The notes under the pieces: model-generated
Seen by the model: only the letters and a program-made list of their open reading frames with translations
Databases searched by the model: none
What the model was told of the DNA's origin: nothing
Assembly (NCBI RefSeq): GCF_026571515.1
Contig: NW_026856706.1
Coordinates: forward strand, 1-64,000
DNA from: Ruditapes philippinarum
Taxonomy: Eukaryota
Direction: 5' to 3'
DNA: 64,000 nucleotides
Translations under genes and position numbers: made by a program
Shown here: in pieces, positions 48,501 to 61,468 of the stretch
Numbering within the stretch: position 1 is the first letter of the stretch
How the letters are laid out: every line of letters starts with the position of its first letter

Positions 48501-50046
48501 AAAACAAACTTCAAATAGTGTTTATCATAAATGCAGCACTTTAAAATCATGTTTATTTAGTATACTTTTTTTAAATAAGATAATTGGGCAACATGATACA
48601 TTATTCTAAATAATTAAATTCTTTGCTAAAGGTAGAAAACCTGTTTCAATCATAATTGTATAGGTATTTGAAAAGTTGTTAACTACAATGTATTTCTTAT
48701 CTCAAAGAAATGCACTATGTGTCAATAAACAAACAGGCTATACAAACATGAAGTGGTGAATAAACTGTTAGGATTGGTTAATCAAAATATTTCTTCCTGA
48801 TAAACTCCATATCGCCATACATGTATCCTTATTTAATCAATCTCTTGAACGCGTTGACATTTAAATGTCATACATAACTGTTCTATATCCTTATAGCAGG
48901 TCACTAGGATAACTTGCGTGGCTTACTAGATTTCCAAGTTGGGACCAAGAATCTGGATCGAACCAAGTGTGTTGTATACATGTATATGTATGGTTATATG
49001 TAGCTGCCCTCTGTATATCAATTGAGTGATATAGGCAACCAATTATAGTCGAGATTTAATTACATCATTTTCTCTTCAAGTATTTGAAATTATGGTCTTT
49101 CTAAATTAAAGACTATATATATGTGTGTAATGGATTTGATCATCTACTGGTCCATTATAAACTTAGCAGAGCTCAGCAGCTGGGGTTCGAACACGAAAAA
49201 AGCATTAAATGATCAATCTTACATCACTGCCCCCTACCTCGAAATCATGTTGTTTGATGTACAGGGGTATTTTTTGTTTAAAAAAAGGTACTGCAGTGAA
49301 AAAAAAATATTGATAATATAATTAAATTACCTTCCTGTTGTTTTGCGTTCAGTTTAACNNNNNNNNNNNNNNNNNNNNNNNNNNNNNNNNNNNNNNNNNN
49401 NNNNNNNNNNNNNNNNNNNNNNNNNNNNNNNNNNNNNNNNNNNNNNNNNNNNNNNNNNNNNNNNNNNNNNNNNNNNNNNNNNNNNNNNNNNNNNNNNNNN
49501 NGACTGTAGTTTTGAACAAAACATCGACTAATCAACTTGATATTTCAGAAGATTGCGTGTCGGTTTGTATAGTCTTAAGATATCATATATTTTTTCGGTT
49601 CAATATATTTTGTATCAATCAAAACTGACATACGGATTCGAAAATGTTGTTTATTTTCTTGAATTTGACATATTGTGAAATAATGTATCAGTAAGACTGT
49701 AAGAGCACCCCATATGCGGCCTCAATTTGTAAAGAATGCAACACAGATTGTAAGAAGTATACCAGTTATCGACCAAAATTTCCGCCATATAAAACATTCA
49801 AATTTGTATATTTCTAGATAATATCCATGTAAATATATACTATATATAGATTTTAAATATTTGAATTCTTTACTCAACTCAATAGATTCAACAAACAATA
49901 AAATGATACCTGTATAATAAAGGGAAGACAATCCCGAATATGTAAACAAGACACACCTGTTTAGCTTATTTTCAATTTCTTTAAACTTTAGAGAAGTATT
50001 TTGATTAAAATATGTTATATTTATATATAATAATGCTACATACCAT
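45553..50046 (-). CDS. Calmodulin-like protein D (~146 aa, most divergent; EF2 loop shortened by 4 aa)
   Basis: Exons: 50046-50044 ATG (alternative ATG|GTAAGT at 50919-50917), exon 2 ending at 49331 (..VKLNAKQQE, broken by the N gap), 47583-47452 [21 protein letters not shown].., 46759-46517 [40 protein letters not shown], 45584-45553 [10 protein letters not shown]. Confidence 0.82.
49359..49501. other. Assembly gap (143 N)
   Basis: Run of N abutting or interrupting CaML-D exon 2. Confidence 0.99.
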
Positions 50047-52419
50047 ATTTTCCGTAAATTAGTGGATGAAAAAGTTCCAAATTTGAAGATAAATCGTGAT
50101 TAAACTGATGTGTCAAACGCTAAAAATACCACAACATTTAACAACCGGTTTACCCTCTGGTAATTATCGATAACAGAGAGGTTCCGCATGGGGAGTTGAA
50201 TTGTTGGAGCGATACGTTACGACCGTAGGTATAATGGTATATTATGCATCATTTATTTATAATCCTACTATATAGATTTATATGGATCATGCATGATTTA
50301 TTTCGGTATTTCACTAGTGTCTGATCTAAAGAGAATATTTGCCTTTGTCTGTTATGTTATATTATTTATTTACAATTTAATTAGTTGCGCGCAACCTTAT
50401 AAATCGAGTGACATTGCACTTATATACTTATACAGTATATTTATATAAATGAAAACTAAACAGTAATACCGGTTTATCAAATGATTTATCCTAAATAAAA
50501 TATTTGTAAGCTCAGATTTAGTTTGCATTTTCATCTCTAAAATATGATTCTTGAGCGAATTAATAAAAGGCACACTAAGTATTCTTAAGAAAGGGCAAAC
50601 ATGAATTATATAAATGTTTAAATAATGGTTATGCATTTTACCTGAAGAAAGTAGCGATAAATTTGAAATAATTTGTCATAAAAGTAGCAAATTGTAAACA
50701 AAGTATTTTGACTTCTATAGAAATATACTCATTCACTATATCTGTACTTGGTCAACGAGTAAGCTTTTGGAATCTATAAAAGTACACGGACAATAAAAAG
50801 CTTTACAGAAATAAATTTAAAGCATTTCTGAGGCATTATGGGCCTTTAAGGCGTATACATGTTTGACAGTGCTGGAATATAAAACTTAAGATAATAAAGT
50901 TCATCGGTAGACTTACCATCAAGGGATATTCTATATCTCTAACTTAGTATAGTTAAATTGTCAAAGTTAAAAATAAAAGTACTATTTACCCTGAATGCGC
51001 CCAAGAATAATATGGTTTTCTTCAGGCTTCTTATAACAAATTGGTTTATAATCTCACAACCTTCACCTTTCTGACTCAGAGACCCAAACAAATTCAGCAT
51101 CTTCTGTGCTTTGATTTGTAACTGTAACAAGATACCAAACACATTTTTTTGAGAAATAAAAGTGATAGAATTTCTTAGGCATAATGGGCCTTTAACATAT
51201 TTTATTGCTAGTATATACGTAGTGAACAAACAGTACACAGAAACAAAAGGTTTACAAAAATAAAGATAGCAAAAGAGTTGGATACAGCATTAGCTACCGG
51301 CCCTCCCACAAAAATAACACATGTATACATGTATATAAAGCAAACATACATAGAAACACATCAATTGAACACCAGAAAGATAATACATTATCCAATTAAT
51401 AACAAAACCAGAACAAAATTTATCTACTATAGATATTAGGAGCAAAGTAAACAGTACTCCACAACCTGCACAGGTTTTGTTGCTTCTTCACTTCGTAGGG
51501 TTGAAAGAGGAGGTTATTTGAATCACATGCTGGATTTTAGTTTGTCTCTTCAAAACGGCTTCGAAGTTGACACGAAACAGAATGTGATTATATCGTTCTA
51601 GTTTGACAAAGTGTCTTTCTTCATTCCTATTTTACCTCCAGTTTAAGCTAAAATTATGGAAATGTTGTGCACTCGATCATATGTTTTATGTGAAAATGAA
51701 TGGTTTGATAAAATATGTCACACAAAGTGTTTTGGTCGCCTTATTGATTCATATCTTTATAACTGAAAAAATGAATACAGAATACATAAATTCTTCGGAC
51801 AGATAGAAAGATACGACTTTAGGAACGTTTTATCTTAAAAACTTTAGACGTTTCTTGCATACGTAATTGAACTTTAGCTTAAAAGAAACAAAGTTTGACA
51901 CTGAGCAAAATATCTGATAATTGCGTAAAGACCAATATGGTTATATTAAACATGCATGTCAGAATATCTTGACTTTTTCTTGATCAATGTCAGTCCTTTT
52001 CCAGAGACGAAATCGACAGACGTTTGCAAATCCATAATCAGACATCATTTGACAAAACAGTATAGGTTTTGCGTAGTGTAGTTTAACAAATGGCAAATTT
52101 ACAGTAACCACGCACTATTTAAAACGTTTATAGTATTTTAAATCGACTTTGTAAGTTTACCGGAAAGTGTCCATTCATTATATCAGACACGAGCAGGCAA
52201 CAGATATAAGCTTATGCCAACAATTAACTCTAATTAAAGATTTGCTTGGCAAGGGAAGTCTTTGGATATATTATTATACAATTTATGTTTTATCTAGATA
52301 ATTTGGTTAAAATTTGAATAATTTAAATCCTAACGAAACCCCCAAAAACCATAAAAAACAATAACAAAACAAATAACCAGTAACCCAGCCTGCCAGCTAA
52401 CCAATAAAACATACCTGCC

Positions 52420-52560
52420 NNNNNNNNNNNNNNNNNNNNNNNNNNNNNNNNNNNNNNNNNNNNNNNNNNNNNNNNNNNNNNNNNNNNNNNNNNNNNNNNN
52501 NNNNNNNNNNNNNNNNNNNNNNNNNNNNNNNNNNNNNNNNNNNNNNNNNNNNNNNNNNNN
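52420..52560. other. Assembly gap (141 N)
   Basis: Run of N next to simple repeats. Confidence 0.99.
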
Positions 52561-52575
52561 CCAGAAAAGCAAGTA

Positions 52576-52576
<1 letters not shown>

Positions 52577-52607
<31 letters not shown>
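52577..52607. repeat. (CAA)n microsatellite
   Basis: About 10 CAA units next to the N gap. Confidence 0.9.
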
Positions 52608-52609
<2 letters not shown>

Positions 52610-53126
52610 ACAGACAAAACACCACAGACAAACAATAATGTCCAATAACATGCAATAGCACAAAACAAGACAAAAACAACAAAGCCCCGACTAAAATAAA
52701 CTACCTTCTTTGTCAAGTGCAAGACGTCTTCAACTAAATTATGTTAGTCGACAATTAATAACGAGTAGAATATGTCCTTACAACATGTCTTGTGTCAAAA
52801 TGAATGACAGAAGCTAGGGAACATCTTTTGTTATCTCTCTCCTTTGAGGAAATATTGTCAACTTGTATTTTATAATCTAGACTTTTATGTTTAAGCACTA
52901 TTTATCATAGATGTAGTTGTTAAAAGTAGTTAAGATACAAATGAAAACAAATATGGTCTGGCGTATTTTAAAATTTCTTAGACGCCATGTAATATTTTCA
53001 TTTGTAAAATGTTTAATTGCTTTTTGTTCACATTATTGAAATGTATAACTTAACACTATTTGATATATATCAGGTTTTATATACCATGTACTGCTGGTCT
53101 CTCAATTTTGGCTTTTGTTTTTATCA

Positions 53127-53668
53127 AAATACCCTAGAACAATGAAAATGGTATCAGAATGCCCTTTAAAGACTACTTTAAAGACAACGATATAAAACAT
53201 AGAATGATATCAAAATACCTTAGAATGACAATGGTATCAAAAAAACCTTAGGATGACAAATAAATCAAAATACTCCTCAAAGACAATGATATCAAAAACC
53301 CTATGATGACAATTATATAAAAAAAACATAAAATGACTATGGTATCAAAATACCATTGAATGTCAATGATATCAAAATACCACAGAATGACAATGATATC
53401 AAAATACCCGAGACTACAATTATATCAGAATACCACATAATGACAATGATATCAAAAAACCCGAGACTACAATGATATCAAAATACCATAGAATAACAAT
53501 ACAATATAGATAAGATAGAATGACAATGCTATCAAAATATCATATAATGATAATAATATCAAAAGACTAGAATAAAAATAAAATCAAAATACCATAGAAT
53601 GACAATGATATCAAAATACCATAAATGATAACGATAATATCAATATACCCGTGACTAACAATGATACG
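53127..53668. repeat. Degenerate ~27-bp minisatellite (gaatgacaatgatatcaaaataccata)
   Basis: Recurrent aatgatatcaaaatacc units throughout the interval. Confidence 0.8.
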
Positions 53669-56600
53669 ACAGGTCATAATTAAGCTTTTTTTGTGAGTAA
53701 ATTTACAAATTTACGGAATCATAAAACTTAAAACGCATACCATAATTAGTTCGGCAGATCTATATCACTTACACTGTGGGTGATATACTGTGGGTGATAT
53801 GGATTAGCAAACCGAATCAGCGACCCCTGGGTTACTAATCCGATGATCTCCCCATTGAGCCACGTGGTGCCATCTAGTTTTAGGGCAAGCCAGTTTTACT
53901 CTTGAGGTACTAACATAAAGATATATACTATGAGAAAGGATTTTTGACAGATTTACGTGGACAGATCACACGTGAATGAAATCCTGTGTACCATAAAGTT
54001 CGATTAAAGCGATCTCATTTACAACGCTGTAGCCCCATGAAGCTTCTAAATATCTGACGTTTATCTCGAACTCCGCGTATCACTCATATTAAATCATCTC
54101 TATATTTGTTTTTAATACTAAAATAAGAAAGTTCTCTTACATAACTTCGATCCATTACTAAATGAGATGTGGTAAAAACACGTAATTCTTTTTTTTAATC
54201 TCCAAAGTAGGTTTCTTATTACATTAAATAGATAGTAGATTATTTTAGCTATACATGGCATCGCAACGTAATTCAAATGTTGTTTGGTAGATAAAAAAAT
54301 CTTAACTTGTAATACCACTTGTAATATTCTATGTATGAAGATTTTATTTTTCGATGAAATAGAATGATGTGTTTTTTAAGCAACGTGTTCTAAAAACGCA
54401 CAACTATTTGGTAAACAGTCTTTATATGGAACTGTGATTATTTTTAATCGTTTCTACGGATATGCATATGTCATGTTATCAATAATGAATTTCAATTAAT
54501 GATCATAAAATTAAATTACATGAACATTGATGTCGAGTTAATAATGAACTTTTAAAAATAAAAGTAAAAGTATCAAATAAAGAAGAAAAAAACATGTTCC
54601 TGAATGAGTTGCAAGAATTCCTATTGAAATTGCTATTGAAATTCCTATTTACATTGTTGGAAGTATATTAAAAAGTAAGATTTTTCTGTTACCAATATTA
54701 ACTAAATTGTCTGCCGGTTATTTCAGAGATAGTCCAGCTATAATCAAAACGATTTTGTGTACTAAGATGATGAGATTTCTCTTCTTGATGATAGACTAGA
54801 TGAACTTGAACTGTAGATTTATTGTTGAGGTTTCTAAAGTAATTCGTCCTTTATGATTCACATAAATGCTGTGATTTTGATAAGACTGATTTTTTATTGA
54901 TATAAAAATGAACACCACATTGAGTAATGAATTTCAATAAAAATGTTTGATTCGTTTATAAACCCAAATGCTTGGTGATTTCTATTATAAAAAGTACAAT
55001 ATGGCTTATATAGGGGAATTACAATAATAAACGTTATGGTAAAATATTATGCTCTTTGAAATAAAATTGACAAGTGGTGCGACTCGATTGATGTTTTTTT
55101 AATAAAACATATATTACTTTAGTGGTGCTCAAAGTAAAAAGGAATATATTACTGATTTTACATTTGAAAATTGGCATAATTTAGTTTATCATCAACATTA
55201 TAAGTTTATCATATTCAGATAGTTTGTTATTTGTAAACGTCAGATTTATGTAATTTATCATGTAGTGTAAGAATTGAAACTATAATAGCAATGTTACTTT
55301 CTCTCTCATCGAGTACCAAAAAGTGTTACACTATCAATTTATCAATTTTATCTATGTTCTTTATTCTAACTCAATCCCAGCAAATATGACATTCTACTTA
55401 TCATCACTGGATAACATTAAATTTTCCATCACAATACAATATCTACAAGACATGCAATGTAACAATTATAAAATATGTAGGTTGTCAAACAGAGAAAATG
55501 GAGAAAAAGTCAAAAACATTTGTTTGAAGCTTATTAATGTAATATTTTGTCATCTGAAATGAGGGATGAATTGTTTAGCTTATCGTATTCATTAAAAATC
55601 TCAGTTTTTAAGTTTTGCTCGACTTCAGAACATCATTGATGACCATTACCACACTAAATGTCTTAAATAGACTTGTCCATCTTTTAATCTGGGCAAAACC
55701 ATCAGTTAATTATCAGGAAAAATCAAAAGTATTTACTGACTAAAAAGCAAACAATGCAAACCATGATGTGACGAATGATACAGGCAAAGAGTAAAGCGCT
55801 GTAGTCTATTATGCTCCATAAGACCTATTATATCTTCAAGAAATGTTCTACATTGTAACAGTTTATTATGTAGTATATATAACTTCTTTAATACTAACAA
55901 GGTATATTTACTTGCAACTTGTATCCACTCAAAATCCCTGTAATTATGAAACAACCGGACTCAGTTGTAGTTGGTGTGCTTATTTGAGACTATGGCAAAA
56001 TACCACACTTCTTATATTTTCCAGTGTTAGTAATATGTTAAGTTCATACAGGGATTTCCTAGCTTTCATTGATGAAAGAAGACAGGTACTTATCCTTGAA
56101 TGATCAGCAACAAAGTTTGTAACTGTAATTTGACAAAAGTATGTTTTATTTTATCAAGACAGCCTTCTACTCAAATGAAAGAATGCATCTTTGCGTGTGA
56201 AATTTTGATCTACTAGACTGAAGCACAATATATGAAGTCAGTGACTTTATGTCCTTTGATCTTCTAGACAGAAGCACTACATTTGAAGTAAGTGACTTAA
56301 TGTCCTTCCCACACCTTGGCCCAGGGAGTCCTGTTTGGCGTCCGCGCCGAAGCGCGGCGCCTTTTGTGTAATGAAATCAGATTTTGTGAAAGGGCGACAG
56401 CAACTTCTCGAGCCTTTTATAGTTGTTCATAATAAAAGCCGATCATTCCGATCGGTATGAGGGTGCTTGATTATTAATTAGTCGCGATATGTACAATGAA
56501 TGGCGAACTGGAGAAACATTTTCAAATGAAATAACCTTTTCCGTCAATAAATCGCGCTCTTCGGGGTATTTTTGTTTATCATTTTGTAGTACACAGTGGG

Positions 56601-57085
56601 TTATTATGGTATGTTATTCTGAAAGCTGTTTTAATAGAATGATGAGTTGATGACCTAAATATTCCGAAAATCTATTTATAGAGGGAAAATCCTATCGGTA
56701 ATTCCCGGTCTCTCCCGGGATTTACTAGTGACCGGCGAATAGTACCACACGTTTATTGTCCGGTCTCTCCCGGTTTTGGAGTAGATGTTTGATATCGTTA
56801 CAGAACAGAACAAATATTTTACAGATAAATAAGCTTTTTTTTCAAAATGAATGTTTGTCACTTAGTTTGGTTACAATAATTAATAAACACAGATCAACTC
56901 TCAAATTTATTGATTATCATTATACATAAACATAGAATTCGAAAAAAAACCCAACAACACAAATCGCATGTTTTATTTTATCTATGTGAGATAAAAACAA
57001 TAAACATGTACAATAATTGAGAAAGAATGTAAATTTTTATGGCATTGATATGACACCATCAACTTTGAAACATTTTATTTAATTT

Positions 57086-57131
57086 GTTATACCAGAGACA
57101 TAGATAATGTTATCTATGTCTCTGGTTATAC
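57086..57131. mobile_element. 32-bp CA..TG palindrome between 7-bp direct repeats (GTTATAC): probable P-superfamily excision footprint
   Basis: gttatac|cagagacatagataa-tg-ttatctatgtctctg|gttatac. Confidence 0.68.
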
Positions 57132-58459
57132 GTGTTTAGTAAAGATGCCGAGGAATTATTCAAAGTTACGAGTCAGATTTCATGAATTATTCAATTGATT
57201 GATAATCTAAAAAATGATAAAGAAAAATACAAATGTACATGTATATGGTTTAAGAATAAACAATATTATATATTGAAAGATTAACCATGATTTATTGACT
57301 TTTTCCAGTTAAGTTTTGACTTATAATCGTCGGTCAATATGACAATTGAATTTTTAAAATAGTAGTAAACGTAAAAACTCAGCATTAAAATAGCGCATAA
57401 AACACAAAAAAAGGAAAAGAAAACAATATTCATAAAATCTGTATTTTTTTTATTAAAATAGATATTACAATTATTGTATAATAAACAATTATGCTCAACA
57501 TGATCAACATGGTAATATAACAAGTGTCATATTGTTACTAAGTGTGAACAGATACCTTAAGAGGGGGTCTTCGCTAATAGCGATAACATAATAAGGGACA
57601 ATTCCACAAGTATGGTGATGATCATGCGTTAAACATATGGATTATAAATGATTGTATACATGTATATCCGTTGCTATAAATAACCAGGATCATAAAGAAA
57701 TAACAAGTAATATTCTAATTTCTAGCATGCCAATCAAAGTTATAAATAATGAACAATGTCTTTCGTCCGTTCATTCATAAGTGATATACAATTCTGGTAA
57801 AAACCAATGAACCATTGAAAAGTTTATAAGAATATCTTGTCATCATATATCTACTAGTTCATCTGCACATGCTGCATTTCTTGCTTGGACGCCCTTTGAT
57901 GCTTTGCATCAATGCTTTTCTTGTATTACACTAGAATGAAAATTAGTTTCAGGACAATATAGCAAATTAAGACCGAATAGAAAATAATATGATATAGGCC
58001 TCATAAAAAAATGTCGTTGGAGGCAATCAACGAAACTAACAATAAGCCCTGTATATCATGAAAATCTTTGATGATGCTAACTATTTACTGGATTTATCAT
58101 AATGGACGTTTCTAAATAGCTTATTTTGCTTCAAATGTATATTATTTCAGATTGTGATGTAAAACAATTACACAAGAAAATGTAAAATCAGCAAAAAGTA
58201 CGAGGTAATCACAATTATACAAACTATTTAACAGTCTTTATTTAAAATAAAATCATTTCATAAAATGTCATTTCCGTAAACTTATACAATTGCGATTGTT
58301 ATAAGGATGTTTTCCTTCTGTAAGGCTTGGAAAAAGTTTAAAGATTGTATGTAAAATTACTTTAAAGTTAAACATAAAATATGTATTTGTTTCTAATATA
58401 CAACGTGCAGTTTATTGGCGAAACAATGTATTTCATCATACTCATGGTGCATTTTTTTT

Positions 58460-58492
<33 letters not shown>

Positions 58493-61191
58493 ATCAATCA
58501 CCTGAAACAACTTGCCTTAACTTTTTAATCTTATTCAATGCAACCCTGAAATTGCTTTTAGAAGATAACTATTTATATTCCAGAATGTGTTTGATCAATC
58601 AGCAGAAACTTGACAGCCTCTGATCAAGTTCGTGTAAAATCTCATGAACTTTCCAGCAATAACAATAACTCCAATAACAAAATGTATTTTATCAAACGAT
58701 TTTGAGGCATTCTATTTAAGCAGTTAATGTGATGAACCATAAACAAGTTTGATATTTCACATTTTCGGAACAAGTGGGATGATATATGTTTGCTTTTTTG
58801 GTGGCAAAGGTTGTAAAACAATAAACTGTACTTTCGCGTCACTCAGGTAGTTTTAAATTGGTACTGTTAAGATTTTAAGGAAATGTGGGATACAAAATTT
58901 TTGTACTCAACCTATGAACTATGTTATAAAATTATTTTCTTTTATAGTTATAGAACACGATGCACTTTAAATTTCTTAACTTCTTTTCTTTATAAATGGA
59001 CGATTCGACGTGGTCTGTCCCATTATTCGGTGACAAATTGTATATATGATTTTATTGAATGCTAGAACATGATAATTTCATATAGTACTTTAAGATTTAT
59101 ATATGATTATACTTTAGATTAGGTCATTTATAACAATTATTATATTAGCCGTCATTACTTTTAAAAAGTTATCACTATTAAAGACACAAGTCGGCATTTC
59201 CTGTGCACGCGAAATTTTCCGAATAATGCTATCAATAGATCTGGATAAATTATGAAGAATTCAAACATCTGATTAATGAGTGTCTGTCTGCAAAAATGAC
59301 TTTGACGTCTGCTTTCTGCTCATATGACGTCAGCTAAGACAATTGAATTTCATATTTTCAAATGGAAAAAAAATATAAGGAAACATTTCATGTATGTAAT
59401 ATGTAGGAGAAGAAACAAATCTTGTTATACTTAACTTTAAGAATAATGGCAATGTATCATAGAATAAATGGTATTATGTCATCATTATAAATATTAACTT
59501 TAATAATTTGAGCTTCTTGTGAAAATATTGAAATTTCTTCGAAACAGAAAGTAACTTGAATTTATATTATTTATGACAATCGTTTAATAGTTATCTTCTT
59601 ATATTTTTAAAGAAGTACACAAAAAATATACTTTCAAAAGAATCTGTCATTAACTCGATCAGTATGACATGTTACAATTTTTTTAACCTAATGCAATTTA
59701 TAACTTATTGTTACTTTCAATCTATCATTGAAACCCTTACCATGATACTATCCAAATCACTTATTTATATCTTCTGCTCATGCAACTTTCAAATTGCCTG
59801 ATTACTGTCGGAAATTGGACTAAAATCACTAAAGCGAACTTGAGAAGTTTTATAAAATGATTGTTGTGAATGGTAAAATACATTACTTAGAAGATGAATA
59901 TATTGCCTGACTAGATGTTGTCAATGATTTTAATCAGTATCAAAGGAAAAACACATTTATGATTATCTAGAACAATGCTACATGTTCAAGAACAAAAGTG
60001 GAACAATTCGATTTGTAACTTAAAGATTAAAGGCTCTTACAAATGTTAAAAATGTCAACATACAGATACCACACATAGGACCATAACTATCTGAAACCAA
60101 TCTCTAAATTTAATGAAGGATGTGAGCTATAATTAATCATATTTACAAAATACATTTTGTATAAATATGGACAATGTTATCATAACCTAACATTATGAAC
60201 AGTGATTATAAAGTCTAAAGGATTATAGCATAAATTTCTTAAAATAGAGAAATACAGAATCTGTTATGAAGTTTATAGCATCATTTTGCACGAACACCTT
60301 AGCTTTATCTTTTTATGAAGCGTTATAAAATAACTGATTCCTTTACAATATTTGTAGAGAAATATTAGATATTTACATTCATAAATAATTGTTTACATCC
60401 TAGTGAAAGAAGAAACGTTCATTTATAGGCATTGATATAAAACATTACAAAGATAATTTACAGTTATGTTGCAGAGGGTTAGTGAAACAATAATTCTAGA
60501 TTTATCTGTAAATTCGGTAAAACATTCATTACCTTTTCAAAATGATAAAATATGAAATATCTGTTTATAAATTCACAATAGCAAAACGAAAATATATTTG
60601 ATTTGCAGAGAGTTCGAACATTGTACAATTTTTTGTTTAGCTTGTCCAGTGAAAATCGAAGTGCAATAGGACAATTCAGGATATTTTCGTGAATAAATGT
60701 GAAGATTGGATGTTATTGTTCTGTTGACAGATTTATCAAAATAGAGATATTGCTTTGTCATATTTGCAATTTGATGAAAACATTTGCCGAGTTGTATCAA
60801 CTCTGTCATATATTTCTTATAAATTTTACTTATTCTTGGAATATTGAATAAAATGAAAACTTCAGTTTGCAAAACACGAAAAAGAAATAAAAATAGAAAG
60901 AAAATGAACAAAAATAACCCCAAATGACAAAAGAACACATCATATCCATTTATATTATTTACATTGACCTTACAAATATACACATTACTATTACTACATG
61001 TATTAAATCTTTGGTCGTATAATACGTGTTTCTTAACTTAACTTTAGACAAGATTTTTTTTAAATTTTACTTAACTAGGTCATATTACTTTAAAGTATAA
61101 TATTATGAAAAGTACGAATAAATGTACTTCCATTTTAAGAGAAAAAAAAGTTATATTTTTCACGAATAGACAGAAGCCATGTATATTATTA

Positions 61192-61468
61192 GTTATAAAG
61201 ATCGTTGACAGGTTATATGGCCCTATATAAACGGCTATTTGTAAATATAACCCGAGCCGTTAGGCGAGGGTTATATTGCAAACAGCCGTTTATATACGGC
61301 CATATAACCTGTCAACAATCTTTATAACGAATTTATAATACAGCAAGCATCATTTTTAGAGAAAAAAAAAGATTTCCTCATGAATCGACAGCAGCCGTTT
61401 ATATAAAACTATATAAACGTCACGATTATCCAATGAAAAATGACGTTACCAACGTGCAGTATTATAAA
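61192..61468 (+). mobile_element. Hairpin-ended non-autonomous element (~62-bp arms around gagccgttaggcga, then a tail bounded by a 10-bp inverted repeat)
   Basis: gttataaagatcgttgacaggttatatggcc..aaccc pairs with gggtt..ggccatataacctgtcaacaatctttataac. tttataatac (61332) is the inverse of gtattataaa (61459). The tail end is duplicated to ~61530. Confidence 0.72.

Noticed and set aside
52323-52722. ORFs with poly-Cys/Leu/Val spanning Ns (also 40802, 49278, 49338)
   Set aside because: Artefacts of the N gaps and the (CAA)n microsatellite.
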